In this document: positions 48,866 to 59,242 of the stretch, piece by piece | Position numbering within the stretch: the stretch's first letter is position 1 | How the letters are laid out: each line of letters begins with the position of its first letter | Source of the DNA: Candidatus Latescibacterota bacterium | Lineage (GTDB): Bacteria > Latescibacterota > UBA2968 | Length of the DNA stretch: 64,000 nucleotides | Direction: 5' to 3' | Assembly (NCBI GenBank): GCA_038279365.1 | Contig: JAYODI010000001.1 | Span: 64,001-128,000, forward strand | Notes under the pieces: generated by a model | Told to the model about the DNA's origin: nothing | Seen by the model: only the letters and a program-made list of their open reading frames with translations | Databases searched by the model: none | Translations under genes and position numbers: made by a program

Positions 48866-50572
48866 ATGGAAGATCGCAGCCGTGACTGGCTTATTGGATA
48901 CATGACTCAGAGAATACCAAACTCACCACGTCGAGAAAAATATCTTGGGTTGTTCAATGATACATTGGATGACACATATTTGGGGTTGGATTTGGCGTGG
49001 TTGCGCAATGGGCAACAGGCAGGGTATTTTGCGCGGTCTCAAACCAATATTATTGGCCGGTTGGCTTTTGCGTGGCACACTGAAGGGTTAGATTTTTATC
49101 AGGATGAAGAGGTAGGTGATATGCTCAGGCTGGCATTTCTGGCGGTGGCCGATCATATTACACCCGAAGGGCAATTTGTGTGGCCCAATGACAAAGATAT
49201 GTATTGGGCCGGTAGCCATGAACATGCTTGGCGGTTGGAACCTTTGTTGATGGGATTTATTTGGGCCGACGCGGTCTTTTCTGATGATGAACGTGATCAT
49301 GTGGCTGCTGCATTGCATCGGGCATCTGAGTGGTTGGTTGCCAACCCGTGTATTGAGCACAACAACAGGGGCATTGTTTGGTGTGCCATTGTGATGTTGT
49401 GCGGTTTGTATTATGAAGAGCCTGTTATGCAAGATGTGGCCGCATCAGAGATTGAAACCATTTTGCGTGGTGTGATTCTTGACGATGGTGAAATTGGCGA
49501 GCATACCGAACAGTATGCAGGGGGTGGGCCGTGCACAAACTATACATATACTGGCTTGGGATATGTATATCTTTATCGTCTTTTTTCAGGTGATGCTCGT
49601 TTTGATGATTTGTTGATGCAAGGTGCGCGCTGGTTGTCTATGTACAACAGTAAAAGTGGGTATCCATTGGTTGCTGGGGCTTCTGTGCGGGTTGCCAAAC
49701 CCAATCCTGCGTTGGTGGATGCATTGCCTTTTTGGGAGTGGGCTTCTCTGTCAGATCCATTTTTTGCACAGATAGCCGAATTGCATTTAAAAAAAATAAT
49801 TTCGACTCAAAGTGGTATAGGGACACACATTATTTCACCGATTATTTGGGCAATGTTGGCGCGAGGGGATAAAATTGGGCCAACGCCTGAGTGGTACACG
49901 GCTTGGACAAATGTGTATGAACGCCCCAATGTGCACTATGCATTGGTGGGGCGGCGCTATCAAACGGGTATTACGTTCCGTGCGCGTTTGGGGCCTTATC
50001 GCGATATTCCAGAAGAGGGCGTTCACTTAAGAGGGATGCAAACATTTGCTTATGAGAATGAGGTACCGATTCTTTTTCATGGGCGTAACATTGTTTCTAC
50101 AACACGTGTGGGGCATATTGATACTTGCCTGGAAAATGCTTTGGCAGTGGTTAGGCATAAGCAGGGGGAGTTGGATATCATTTGTGAGCAGCGTGAAGGC
50201 TTAAAAACGCTTTATGTGTTTACGCCTATATCTGTTGTGGTTATACACAAGAGTGATGGGGAAAACATACGTAGTTTTTGGTCGTTATTTGAAGCCCATT
50301 CTGAAAATATTGCGCAGGATCGAAATGGGCGTGTGGTTGCTTTTTCTGGGCGTGTTGGCCGGGTATATTATTTGGCCGGGCGTGCCGAACTGTATGCACA
50401 CGAGGAAGGTGAAGAAAAACGGTGGATGCTGGATGTGATTGCTGATGCATCTATGACTGCTGTTGCTTTTTCGGATGCGTCATTTACGTTTGGCGATTTT
50501 AAGTCTGATCTGTTTGCCTTTTCGGATGCTTCAGGCGTTTATGAAATACCCGTATCAGATAAGTGTTTGTGA
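48866..50572 (+). CDS. Hypothetical protein (possibly alpha/alpha-toroid lyase-like)
   Basis: Long ORF with typical codon style; helical W/H/N-rich N-terminal half (HEHAWR, HNNRG). Confidence 0.6.
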   Translation: MEDRSRDWLIGYMTQRIPNSPRREKYLGLFNDTLDDTYLGLDLAWLRNGQQAGYFARSQTNIIGRLAFAWHTEGLDFYQDEEVGDMLRLAFLAVADHITPEGQFVWPNDKDMYWAGSHEHAWRLEPLLMGFIWADAVFSDDERDHVAAALHRASEWLVANPCIEHNNRGIVWCAIVMLCGLYYEEPVMQDVAASEIETILRGVILDDGEIGEHTEQYAGGGPCTNYTYTGLGYVYLYRLFSGDARFDDLLMQGARWLSMYNSKSGYPLVAGASVRVAKPNPALVDALPFWEWASLSDPFFAQIAELHLKKIISTQSGIGTHIISPIIWAMLARGDKIGPTPEWYTAWTNVYERPNVHYALVGRRYQTGITFRARLGPYRDIPEEGVHLRGMQTFAYENEVPILFHGRNIVSTTRVGHIDTCLENALAVVRHKQGELDIICEQREGLKTLYVFTPISVVVIHKSDGENIRSFWSLFEAHSENIAQDRNGRVVAFSGRVGRVYYLAGRAELYAHEEGEEKRWMLDVIADASMTAVAFSDASFTFGDFKSDLFAFSDASGVYEIPVSDKCL

Positions 50573-50593
50573 TAATTTTTAATGCTGTTCAAC

Positions 50594-50634
50594 ATAAAAA
50601 AAGACCGACACAATGCGTGTCGGTCTTTTTTTAT
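50594..50634. terminator. Bidirectional intrinsic terminator
   Basis: A7-GACCGACAC-loop-GTGTCGGTC-T7 between convergent genes. Confidence 0.88.
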
Positions 50635-50650
50635 TGATGGATCGAGAAAC

Positions 50651-52831
50651 TTATTTGATAAACAAAATTTCTTGATAGGTTGGCAATGGCCATAAATCGT
50701 CGGCGACAATGCCTTCTAATGCATCTGCACAATTGCGCACGGCCAACATCGCGGGCAATATTTTATTGCAGGCGTGTTTGGCTTCTGCGAGCATTGATTT
50801 GTCTTCATGCACCATTACTTTTTCCAATGCCGCAATGCTGTTGTTTAAGTCTTTGATCAAACCAGAGAGTTTGGTGAGTGTTGCTGAATCATAGTCTGCA
50901 CCAATGGCTTTGAGATTTGCTGCGGCCTGTGCCAATTCGCTTTGATATCGAACAGCTGCAGGATAGATAATGGTTTGTGCCATTTCGATCGTGAGTTTGG
51001 CTTCGACACTGACGGTTTTGCAATATTGTTCAAAGTAGATTTCTGAACGGCTATGCAATTCGCGCTTTGACAGAACTTTGTATTTGCCAAAGAGGGCAAT
51101 AGATTCTTTGGACGTGATGGCTGGCAATGCGTCTACGGTGGTTTTTAAATTGGGGAGGCCACGTTTGGCGGCTTCGGCATGCCATTCTTCTGAATAACCA
51201 TCGCCATTGAAAATGATGGATCCGTGCTCGGTAATAATGCTCTTTAATACTTTTTGAATGGCCGCATTGAGCTTGCTGGGGTCACCCTTGGTTGCATTTT
51301 CGAGTTCATCGGCAATGTATTCGAGTGATTCGGTAACAATGGTGTTCATCACAACCAATGGGCCAGCTATAGATTGGTTGGATGCAACTGCGCGAAACTC
51401 GAAACGATTGCCTGTAAAAGCAAATGGGCTGGTGCGGTTGCGATCACCTGCATCTTTGGGCAGGGGGGGCAAGACATCAACGCCAACGGTGAGCACACCA
51501 CTCTTTTTGGAGGATTTGGCACCACCCGCTTTGATTTGTTCAAATACATCGGTGAGTTGATCGCCCAAGAAAATAGAGATGATGGCTGGTGGGGCTTCGT
51601 TGGCACCCAAACGATGGTCATTGCCGGCAGATGCAACAGCAGCACGCAAGAGTGGTGCGTGCGTGCTTACGGCACGGATAACAGCTGCGCAGAAAACCAA
51701 AAACTGTGCATTGGCGTGTGGTGTATCACCTGGGTCTAAGAGATTGCCTTGGGTGCTGTTGCCCAAAGAAAAGTTGACGTGTTTTCCCGAACCATTGACA
51801 CCCGCAAATGGTTTTTCATGTGTGAGGCAGGCCATCCCATATTTTTCAGCTATGCGTTTGAGCGTGTGCATAATGAGTTGCTGATGGTCTGTGGCCACGT
51901 TGCTGGTTTCAAAAACGGGTGCAATTTCATATTGACCAGGTGCCACTTCATTGTGCCGTGTTTTGATGGGGACACCGAGCTTGAAGAGTTCGTGTTCGGT
52001 TTCGAGCATAAAGGCCAACACACGTTCTGGAATGGCACCGAAATAGTGGTCGTCAAATTCTTGGCCCTTGGGTGGTGCCGCACCAAAGAGTGTGCGCCCT
52101 GCATTGAGCAAGTCTGGTCGAGCAAAGAAAAAGTTGCGATCAACGAGAAAATATTCTTGTTCGGGGCCTGCCGTTGAAGAAACCATGCCCACATTGGTGT
52201 GGCCAAAAAGTTTGAGAATGCGTTGGGCCTGTTTGTCGAGTGCTTGCATAGAGCGCAAAACAGGTGTCTTTTTGTCTAATGCTTCACCCGTCCAGGAGAC
52301 AAACGCTGTTGGGATACACAATGTTGTGCCATTGGGGTTTTCGAGGATGAAGGCTGGGCTGGTGACATCCCAAGCGGTGTAACCACGTGCTTCAAATGTT
52401 TGGCGAATACCACCTGATGGAAAGCTTGATGCATCGGGTTCGCCTTGGATGAGTTGTTTGCCTGAAAATTCATTAACGGCACCGCCAACACCGTCTGGTG
52501 CTAAAAAACTGTCGTGTTTTTCAGCTGTGGATCCCGTAAGGGGATAAAACACGTGGGTATAGTGCGTGGCCCCCTTTTCCATGGCCCAATCTTTCATGGA
52601 AGCAGCTACCACATCTGCTACAGAGCTGTCTAATTTTGCACCTTGTTCGATGGTTTTGATGAGAGACTTGTAAATTTCTTTGGGCAGTCTGCTTTTCATC
52701 ACTTTGATGCTAAATACGTTGGATCCAAAAAGTTCACCACTGTGTGTACCCGCAAAGTCTAATGGCGGGGTTTTGGTAGAATAGTTGGTGACTGCTGAAA
52801 TGGCTTGTAAACGCGATGTGCTTCCGCTCAT
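50651..52831 (-). CDS. glnN: Glutamine synthetase type III
   Basis: 726 aa; [69 protein letters not shown]. Confidence 0.95.
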   Translation of the reverse strand: MSGSTSRLQAISAVTNYSTKTPPLDFAGTHSGELFGSNVFSIKVMKSRLPKEIYKSLIKTIEQGAKLDSSVADVVAASMKDWAMEKGATHYTHVFYPLTGSTAEKHDSFLAPDGVGGAVNEFSGKQLIQGEPDASSFPSGGIRQTFEARGYTAWDVTSPAFILENPNGTTLCIPTAFVSWTGEALDKKTPVLRSMQALDKQAQRILKLFGHTNVGMVSSTAGPEQEYFLVDRNFFFARPDLLNAGRTLFGAAPPKGQEFDDHYFGAIPERVLAFMLETEHELFKLGVPIKTRHNEVAPGQYEIAPVFETSNVATDHQQLIMHTLKRIAEKYGMACLTHEKPFAGVNGSGKHVNFSLGNSTQGNLLDPGDTPHANAQFLVFCAAVIRAVSTHAPLLRAAVASAGNDHRLGANEAPPAIISIFLGDQLTDVFEQIKAGGAKSSKKSGVLTVGVDVLPPLPKDAGDRNRTSPFAFTGNRFEFRAVASNQSIAGPLVVMNTIVTESLEYIADELENATKGDPSKLNAAIQKVLKSIITEHGSIIFNGDGYSEEWHAEAAKRGLPNLKTTVDALPAITSKESIALFGKYKVLSKRELHSRSEIYFEQYCKTVSVEAKLTIEMAQTIIYPAAVRYQSELAQAAANLKAIGADYDSATLTKLSGLIKDLNNSIAALEKVMVHEDKSMLAEAKHACNKILPAMLAVRNCADALEGIVADDLWPLPTYQEILFIK

Positions 52832-53144
52832 GGTTATGCTCCTTCATTTTGTTAAAGTGGCGTCAAAAGCTTTATTTTTAGTTATGTGCTTTTGAATTGA
52901 TTGAAGAATATATCAACATTGTGTTTCAAAAATATGAACAGGAGGTAAAATTTCTGACTTTTTTTTATCTTTTTTCCCCATTTGTAATACTTAGGTCTAC
53001 TTTATTGTGCCTGAAGCACTATAAAAAAGTCTTTGCAAGGGATATTTAAAACGTTTCTTTTGAATATTGATTTATGTGACCTACCAAACTTCAAAATGGA
53101 AGCACTTTTTTTTTACAATCGGGTGCTTGAAGGGGATATGAAAG

Positions 53145-53879
53145 ATGATTAAAAATTTTAAGCAGGCGATTCGGGAAAAAGATGAATTGGTTCTTTTGAC
53201 GTGTTCTATTGATATGACACGCAGTCAGATGGAAGTGGCATTGGGCAAAGGAGATTATGACGCGTTGTATTTTGATGGCCAACATACCCCTATTTCTGAT
53301 GCCGAGATTGTTACCTTTTGTGAAAATGCCAGTGCGTTGAATATGCCTGTGCAAATGCGTTTGACGCACACGTATCATTCGTATTTGGTGGGGCGGTTTT
53401 GTGATTTTGGGCTTTCGTCGATTATGGTGCCCGAGGTGATGGAAGAGGCTACAGTGGTGGAGGCGATCGAATATTTTTATTACGGCACATTGGGGCGGCG
53501 AAGTTGGGGTGGTTCGGCGCGGGCAGGTTATGGCCAATTTGAAACGCCACCAACACGATTAGAATATGCAAAGTGGTGGAACGAACAAGCGGTGTTGGTA
53601 TTGCAATTTGAATCGGTTGAAGCAGTTGCCAATGCGCGAAAATTAGCGGATCGTCCAGGTATAGATTATGTCGCATTTGGTCCGAATGACTTGACCTTTA
53701 GTTTAGAGCGCCATTCCAATTTTCCGTTGAAGACTGCTGAAGACTGTTTTTTGAATGTGGCGGAACAATTAGACCCCGTGGGGATTAAGCGGTGTTTTGC
53801 AATTAATACCAAACCAGACGGGCGAGATAAGTTGCGCGAGTTGGGTATTTCGATTTTTTGGGAAGCGGCACAATATTAG
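53145..53879 (+). CDS. HpcH/HpaI aldolase-family protein
   Basis: FDGQH, IMVPEV, GRRSWG, QFES, FGPNDL. Confidence 0.82.
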   Translation: MIKNFKQAIREKDELVLLTCSIDMTRSQMEVALGKGDYDALYFDGQHTPISDAEIVTFCENASALNMPVQMRLTHTYHSYLVGRFCDFGLSSIMVPEVMEEATVVEAIEYFYYGTLGRRSWGGSARAGYGQFETPPTRLEYAKWWNEQAVLVLQFESVEAVANARKLADRPGIDYVAFGPNDLTFSLERHSNFPLKTAEDCFLNVAEQLDPVGIKRCFAINTKPDGRDKLRELGISIFWEAAQY

Positions 53880-53920
53880 ATCAGCGACGTTGTGTTGATG
53901 AATCAGTGCTCATTTGATGG

Positions 53921-53963
53921 CAAAACAAAAGGGTTTGCGAGAAAATTCGCAAACCCTTGTTTT
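53921..53963. terminator. Bidirectional terminator between aldolase and tRNA-Val
   Basis: AAGGGTTTGCGA-GAAAAT-TCGCAAACCCTT with flanking A/T tracts. Confidence 0.75.
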
Positions 53964-53975
53964 ATTGGCAATAAA

Positions 53976-54052
53976 TGGTGGGCGATACTGGACTTGAACC
54001 AGCGACCCCCTGCATGTCAAGCAGGTACTCTAACCAGCTGAGCTAACCGCCC
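53976..54052 (-). tRNA. tRNA-Val (GAC), CCA encoded
   Basis: Reverse complement GGGCGGTTAGCTCAGCTGGTTAGAGTACCTGC-TTGACAT-GCAGG...GGTTCAAGTCCAGTATCGCCCACCA. Confidence 0.97.
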
Positions 54053-54070
54053 ACCCTTTAAGTGGGAAAG

Positions 54071-54099
54071 AATATACCAAAACGTTTTTAGATGGTCAA
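54071..54099 (-). promoter_or_regulatory. Sigma-70 promoter of tRNA-Val
   Basis: Minus strand TTGACC-17 nt-TATATT. Confidence 0.7.
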
Positions 54100-54312
54100 G
54101 GAATAACAAACAATTGTACAAGCCCATCATTTATTATATTTTGGTTTTTGCAGAAATAATATTTTAAACTTTTGTTTTTAATTGATTTGTGTGGTTTTGG
54201 GTTTTTAAATGGTTATGTGTCTATGCTTGAATGGGATTTTTGACAAAATTTTATTTTTGTAAACCTATTTTCATAAATTATTGAAAATTTTTATTTTAAC
54301 TGTTGTTATTGA

Positions 54313-55608
54313 TTACAATAATTGCATACTTGTGTGAATGGCCTCCTGTGCGAGGGTCAATTCGGTGGATGTGTGAGTAAGCCCCACGTACCAACGCCCA
54401 TCGGGCAGCAGTTGCACGCCATTGTTTAACATATGGGCTCGGAAACGGGTGTAGGTTTCCATATCGACTTGGGCATATTCGCGATAATGTGTGGGCGGTG
54501 TTTCGGTACCAAAGTGGATGTTAAAGACGGTGCCTGCCCCTGAAGAACAAAGGGGAATGCCTTTTTGTTGGGCTTCTTCTTCAAATGTTTTGCGAATTTG
54601 CTGGCCGTACATATGCATTTGGTTGTGGTTGTCTGGGTTGTCTGCCAAAATGTCGAGTGTGGCTTTGCCGGCTGCAAGGCTCACGGTGTTGCCATTGTAG
54701 GTGCCTGCGTGAATGGTGCGTTTGTCGCGCAATACATCAAAGATTTCTTTGCGCCCAGCAACAGCAGACAGTGTGAACCCTCCCGCGAGGGCTTTGGCGT
54801 AAACGGATAAGTCGGGAATGACGCCAAAAAATTCTCGGGCACCTCCTAATGCAAGGCGAAAGCCTGTGATGACCTCGTCAAAGACCGATACAGCACCATG
54901 TTTTTTACACAAATCTACGAGCCCTTGTAAGAAGCCATCTTGAGGCTCAATGGAGCCAGAGTTGGCCAAGAGGGGTTCTGTGAAAACAGCGGCAATTTCA
55001 TGACCGTGTTTTTCAAAGGCTTGTTCGAGTAAATCGAGCCGATTCCACGGCAATACAATGGCTTCGGCGTATTCGGATGCGGGTTGGCCCCCCATGGCGG
55101 GCACCACATTGGGAGATTCGAGGTTGCCAGCGTCTTCGTCTGAGGCGTGATAGCTGAGCAAGATGTTGTTGGCCCAACCGTGATAATGGCCTTCAAATTT
55201 GACAAAGCGTGTGCGCCCAGTGTGGGCACGCGCAAGGCGAAGCGCTGTTTGAATGGCTTCGGTGCCTGTGTTGGAGAAAATGACCTGTTCCACACCCGGT
55301 ACCACTTCTGTCATTCTTTTGGCCAAGGCAATTTCGCCTGGGTGTTGTGCCCCAAGGGTGTAAGACTTTTGTAAGGCCTCGATGACGGCTTGATTGAGTT
55401 GGGGGTGGTTTGAGCCGAGAATAAGGGGGCCCCAAGCGAGTGTTTGGTCGAGGAGTTTGTTGCCATCTACATCATAATAATAGGGGCCGTCGGCGCGCTC
55501 AAAAAAAAGGGGTGGAGCAGTAACATAAGTGCGCATGCCCGAGGAGACACCCATGGCAAGATATTGTGAACTTTCGGCGTGGTGTGCGGCAGACTGGGAT
55601 GTGTTCAT
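54313..55608 (-). CDS. Class-III PLP aminotransferase (GSA aminomutase-like)
   Basis: WGPLILG, NTGTEA, KFEGHYHG, FDEVITGFR, AKALAGG (PLP Lys), HAGTYNGN. Confidence 0.88.
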   Translation of the reverse strand: MNTSQSAAHHAESSQYLAMGVSSGMRTYVTAPPLFFERADGPYYYDVDGNKLLDQTLAWGPLILGSNHPQLNQAVIEALQKSYTLGAQHPGEIALAKRMTEVVPGVEQVIFSNTGTEAIQTALRLARAHTGRTRFVKFEGHYHGWANNILLSYHASDEDAGNLESPNVVPAMGGQPASEYAEAIVLPWNRLDLLEQAFEKHGHEIAAVFTEPLLANSGSIEPQDGFLQGLVDLCKKHGAVSVFDEVITGFRLALGGAREFFGVIPDLSVYAKALAGGFTLSAVAGRKEIFDVLRDKRTIHAGTYNGNTVSLAAGKATLDILADNPDNHNQMHMYGQQIRKTFEEEAQQKGIPLCSSGAGTVFNIHFGTETPPTHYREYAQVDMETYTRFRAHMLNNGVQLLPDGRWYVGLTHTSTELTLAQEAIHTSMQLL

Positions 55609-55655
55609 GAATTCTCCAGAAATCAGGGATTAAGAAATAACGAGACAATGAAACT

Positions 55656-55705
55656 GCGAATCAACGAATAGACGAATAGACGATTCAAAACCTATTTGTC
55701 TATTC
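55656..55705. repeat. Tandem octamers (ACGAATAG) forming a 14-bp stem-loop
   Basis: GAATAGACGAATAG (55666-55679) / CTATTTGTCTATTC (55692-55705), one G-T pair. Confidence 0.7.
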
Positions 55706-55760
55706 TGCCTATCCAACATAACCATTTTCTGTGAACCATTCAACTTTTCGACGTAAATCG

Positions 55761-58364
55761 TTACGCATTTGTATACCGTGGTTTTACAGGGCAGGTGGGA
55801 CATACATTTTTTAAATGGCGTCGTCGGGCGTGCCACAAATCAATGGCTTTGACAAGGGTTGTGTCGGCATTGCCAACTTTGCCGTGTGTTTGGCGGTTTT
55901 TAAGTGCGCTGTTGAGTTTGCGTGGGGAAACAGGGCATGGGCCGCTGCGAAAAGCGAGGCCTGGCACTTCGCGCACGGTGCCGTTGATGACCACGCGGTC
56001 GGTGTGACCAAATGGGTCAATGCATCCACAAGGCACTGAGACTTCTGCGGCGTGATAGGCTGTGCTGCTGTTGTGATCAACGCCGAGTGAGAGAATGTAG
56101 CCGCCATTGTGGATGAGGCGAGAAATGGGGCTGTCGGCGGTCCACACACCCGTGGTGAGGTGATCGGCACAAATGTATTCGGCTTTGGGGCCAAAGGCCG
56201 CCACGGCATGGGTGGGGTGCAAACTGCGGATCACACCGGGGCGTTGCCAAAAGGCGTTGGGGATGGCCCCGTTTGTTGAGGGTGTGATGAGTGGGTTATA
56301 GACGTGTGCGCCTCGGTGGTTAAAGGAGGGCATAACGAGTGTGCCGTGTTTGCCAATCACACTTAAAAGGGCATCAATAACCGTGTTTGCGCCACCAATG
56401 ACCTGCCCTACTTTGGAGAGGGAGCTGTGAACCATCACGTCCATGCCTGTTTGTAGGCCGAGGTTTTTAAAGTCGCTAATGAGTTGTGTTTTGCTGATGC
56501 GTTGATCAGATTCAACGAGTTCTACATAGTCAAGTTCGGCATGGGCTTCGAAAAATTGTATCACATTTTCGAGGTCTATTTTTTTGCTGTGTTCGGCAGA
56601 GAGCAGCGCTGTGATTTCTGCGAGTGTTCGGTTGCCATCTGCCCAAAAGAGTGCCCACGCGGGCAAGCCCGATTTGCGAATGCGTTCTGCTATGGGTGTG
56701 GGGGTGTTTTCTGGGGTGGGCGATAAAAAGGCGGTGCGTTTGGGCACGCGTTTGGCATTTTGAGGGATACGTGATTGGGTTTTGGGTTTGGGGCCTGTTT
56801 TTTTGACTTGTTGTTCTAAGTGTGCAAAGTGATTGAGCATGTCCTCTTTGTCACTGTTCCAAAACCAGCGTTTGAGTTGGTTGAGGGATGTTTGGTGTTG
56901 TTCGCGCAGATAGGATGCAATTTCTATGGACTGTGTTTTGCGAAGGTGCTCGCAGGTGTGTTCGGTTTCGGTTTGGGCGATGTCGTGCACATCTTTGTCG
57001 GTGGCGTTTGCCAAATAGTAGAGGTAAGCGGCCATGCTCGCCGCACATGCTTTGAGGCCCGATGTGCTTAGAAGGGTGTGTATGTCGTTTGAGGAATGGT
57101 AGGCACTCCAGTTTTTACCTTCTTCGCGGTAGTGTGTCGTGATCCACGGACAGGGGAAGCCATATTTGGGGTCGCCTGCAAGGGTGTCGGATGTAGAGAC
57201 AAAGCCGCCTTCCGTGAGCGTGTAACCCGAATCACTTTTTTTGAGGGTGGCCTGAATGATGTGTGCGCCAACGCGGTCGACAAATGTGGCCGACATGGGG
57301 ATGGTAGATCGCCAAGAGAGTTGGCTGGCACAAATATTTGGGCGTGCGCCCACAGTGTCGATACACACACCCGCAATGGGTGTTTGTAGCCTGCGTGTGT
57401 GTTCCATGTAGTTGAAAAAGCTGTAACACTCATAACCGCTTAAGAGGCGAATAGTACGTTTGGGGCGGGGGAGTTTTCCTGAGGCGATGAGGCTTTCAAG
57501 TGTGCGGGCAATTTCAAGGCAAACGGCCACACCCGAGGCATTGTCAATGGCACCGGGTTCGGCACTGTGTGCGAGGGCCCACACTTCATCTTGTGGGTTG
57601 TCTTGGCCCATAATGAGACCGCTTACGAGGTCGTGTGAACCGACGTAGTCGTGTATGTCTACTTTAACGTGAACGGTGAGGGTGCCGTGCTTTTGGATGT
57701 GTTTGCGAAGTTTTTTGCCATCGTTTTGTGAGAGCACAAGACCCACAAGGTGAAGGTTGCCGTAAGCACTGTTGATAGACCCCCAGCCAAATTTGACCCA
57801 CGGGGTTGCGTTGGGGAGTTCGGCTTGTGGGCAATCGGTGACAACACCTACTGCGCCTTTGTCGGCTATGGTTTTGAAGATGCTGCGGGCGTTGAGGTGG
57901 GTGAGAACGAGTTTGTTGCGCAAAGCGGTTGGACGGAGGGCTTCAAGTTGTTTTTGATCGTCAATGACCACGAGTTCACAGTCTATGCCTTGAGGCGGAG
58001 TGGCTGCGCTCCATTGAATGACGTGCCACGGATTGTCTTTGTAGTTGAGCACACGTTGGGTAATGGGAGAGATGATGTCGAGTGTGGCCGAGCGAATGTC
58101 ACTGGCTTTGGGAATGATCCATCGCCCCGAACCAATTTTCCCACCTGTAGGGATTTTGTAGACTTCGGCTTTTGCGCCCGAGGCTTCGTAAGATTTGACG
58201 AGGGTTTCTGTGGTGTGGTGAAAGCGGTCAAACGAGTTCCAGCGATCCGTTTCAACAATGCGTTTGACATCGTTGAGAATGCGACGGCCTTGTGTGGCAT
58301 TGTTGATGAGAGGCAAGGTTTTGCGATTAAAAGCGGCGAGGCTACGGGGTGTGCGAGCTGGCAT
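55761..58364 (-). CDS. M28/DUF4910-like peptidase-fold protein fused to an AAC(3)-family N-acyltransferase
   Basis: N-part AH...GAIDNASG, GYECY, CIDTVG, AYHSSND, WADG..TL.EI; C-part VMVHSSLSKVG, RSLHPTHAVAAFG, LGVDHNSSTAYHAAE; start moved to MPART behind AGGAG. Confidence 0.82.
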   Translation of the reverse strand: MPARTPRSLAAFNRKTLPLINNATQGRRILNDVKRIVETDRWNSFDRFHHTTETLVKSYEASGAKAEVYKIPTGGKIGSGRWIIPKASDIRSATLDIISPITQRVLNYKDNPWHVIQWSAATPPQGIDCELVVIDDQKQLEALRPTALRNKLVLTHLNARSIFKTIADKGAVGVVTDCPQAELPNATPWVKFGWGSINSAYGNLHLVGLVLSQNDGKKLRKHIQKHGTLTVHVKVDIHDYVGSHDLVSGLIMGQDNPQDEVWALAHSAEPGAIDNASGVAVCLEIARTLESLIASGKLPRPKRTIRLLSGYECYSFFNYMEHTRRLQTPIAGVCIDTVGARPNICASQLSWRSTIPMSATFVDRVGAHIIQATLKKSDSGYTLTEGGFVSTSDTLAGDPKYGFPCPWITTHYREEGKNWSAYHSSNDIHTLLSTSGLKACAASMAAYLYYLANATDKDVHDIAQTETEHTCEHLRKTQSIEIASYLREQHQTSLNQLKRWFWNSDKEDMLNHFAHLEQQVKKTGPKPKTQSRIPQNAKRVPKRTAFLSPTPENTPTPIAERIRKSGLPAWALFWADGNRTLAEITALLSAEHSKKIDLENVIQFFEAHAELDYVELVESDQRISKTQLISDFKNLGLQTGMDVMVHSSLSKVGQVIGGANTVIDALLSVIGKHGTLVMPSFNHRGAHVYNPLITPSTNGAIPNAFWQRPGVIRSLHPTHAVAAFGPKAEYICADHLTTGVWTADSPISRLIHNGGYILSLGVDHNSSTAYHAAEVSVPCGCIDPFGHTDRVVINGTVREVPGLAFRSGPCPVSPRKLNSALKNRQTHGKVGNADTTLVKAIDLWHARRRHLKNVCPTCPVKPRYTNA

Positions 58365-58548
58365 GGGCAAACTCCTGTAGGTACAAGGCAATAAAAAGAA
58401 GTGATCGTCCATTTATTACAACGAGTTTTGCCAATTTGCAACATCAATTTATTCCGGCGCGTTTGCTCGAGCGATTACTGAAGTCATTTTTCAATCTCTT
58501 TTGGTCACTTCCTTATTGTGACGCAACATCGCTGATGAAAGTTTTGGG

Positions 58549-58575
58549 TAAAGTTTTTTTGGTATTGGTCGATAT
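58549..58575 (+). promoter_or_regulatory. Sigma-28 (FliA/SigD)-type promoter
   Basis: TAAAGTTT-11 nt-GTCGATAT versus consensus TAAAGTTT-N11-GCCGATAA. Confidence 0.6.
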
Positions 58576-58662
58576 AAGTAACAAGTGATACAAAGATGTT
58601 GCGTGAAAGGTGTTGTGAAGTAATTAAGTTTTTTATTTACAGTTTCTTAAAGGTGGCTCAAA

Positions 58663-58848
58663 ATGACATACATTTACTTACTTGTCGTTCTTCATTTGGT
58701 TTTAGGCGTAGCGTGTGCCTGTATTGCCAATGAAACCCGCCACAATGTAAAGTCTTGGTATATCGCAGGTACGTTGTTGGGCGGTTTGGCACTGATCGCA
58801 TTGGTGGGCATCAATTTTCACAAGCAGATGCCCGCTGTGAGGTCCTAA
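58663..58848 (+). CDS. Small two-TM membrane protein (61 aa)
   Basis: AAGGTGG SD; two hydrophobic helices with IA...R...W...G..LG pattern. Confidence 0.7.
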   Translation: MTYIYLLVVLHLVLGVACACIANETRHNVKSWYIAGTLLGGLALIALVGINFHKQMPAVRS

Positions 58849-59220
58849 ATGATTGCAGGTGTTGGACATACACAAGCCAATTTGCTCAATCAAGCATTGG
58901 AACGCGCAAAAAGTGCGACAGAAGATATCACCACACTGTCACAAAAAAATGATGATGCTTCTGTGATGGGATTTTTAGATGACGTGCTCGATTTAAGTGA
59001 TGGCAAGTCGTTGATGGGTGCATTGGGTGATTTGTCGCCCAATGAAGCCGATGGCGCACTCAAAGCTTTGGGGAAGTTGTTGCAGGCAGGCGTGGTTGGG
59101 TATGAATATCGCAAAGTGAATGGCGAAGTGCGCAAGGTGTTTATAGATGTGGCCATCGGCAGTGATTTGCATCGTGCCCCACTGGCGCGTGATGATGAAA
59201 AGTTTGACCGATTTGCATAG
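58849..59220 (+). CDS. Hypothetical protein (123 aa)
   Basis: Abuts upstream stop, GAGG SD, followed by terminator. Confidence 0.7.
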   Translation: MIAGVGHTQANLLNQALERAKSATEDITTLSQKNDDASVMGFLDDVLDLSDGKSLMGALGDLSPNEADGALKALGKLLQAGVVGYEYRKVNGEVRKVFIDVAIGSDLHRAPLARDDEKFDRFA

Positions 59221-59242
59221 TTCACAACACGGGGTGTGAGTG

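Noticed and set aside
52832-53144. glnA riboswitch, NtrC/GlnR box or sigma-54 promoter upstream of GS-III
   Set aside because: No convincing consensus match or structure found by eye
54100-54312. AT-rich stretch as a foreign-DNA boundary or ncRNA
   Set aside because: Consistent with the UP-element region of the tRNA-Val promoter; no structure or mobility signal
54313-55608. hemL assignment
   Set aside because: GSA-aminomutase-like but divergent, with no tetrapyrrole genes adjacent; left as class-III aminotransferase
55761-56480. Aminoglycoside resistance gene aac(3)
   Set aside because: It is the C-terminal domain of a large fusion in a non-mobile context; family membership does not show resistance
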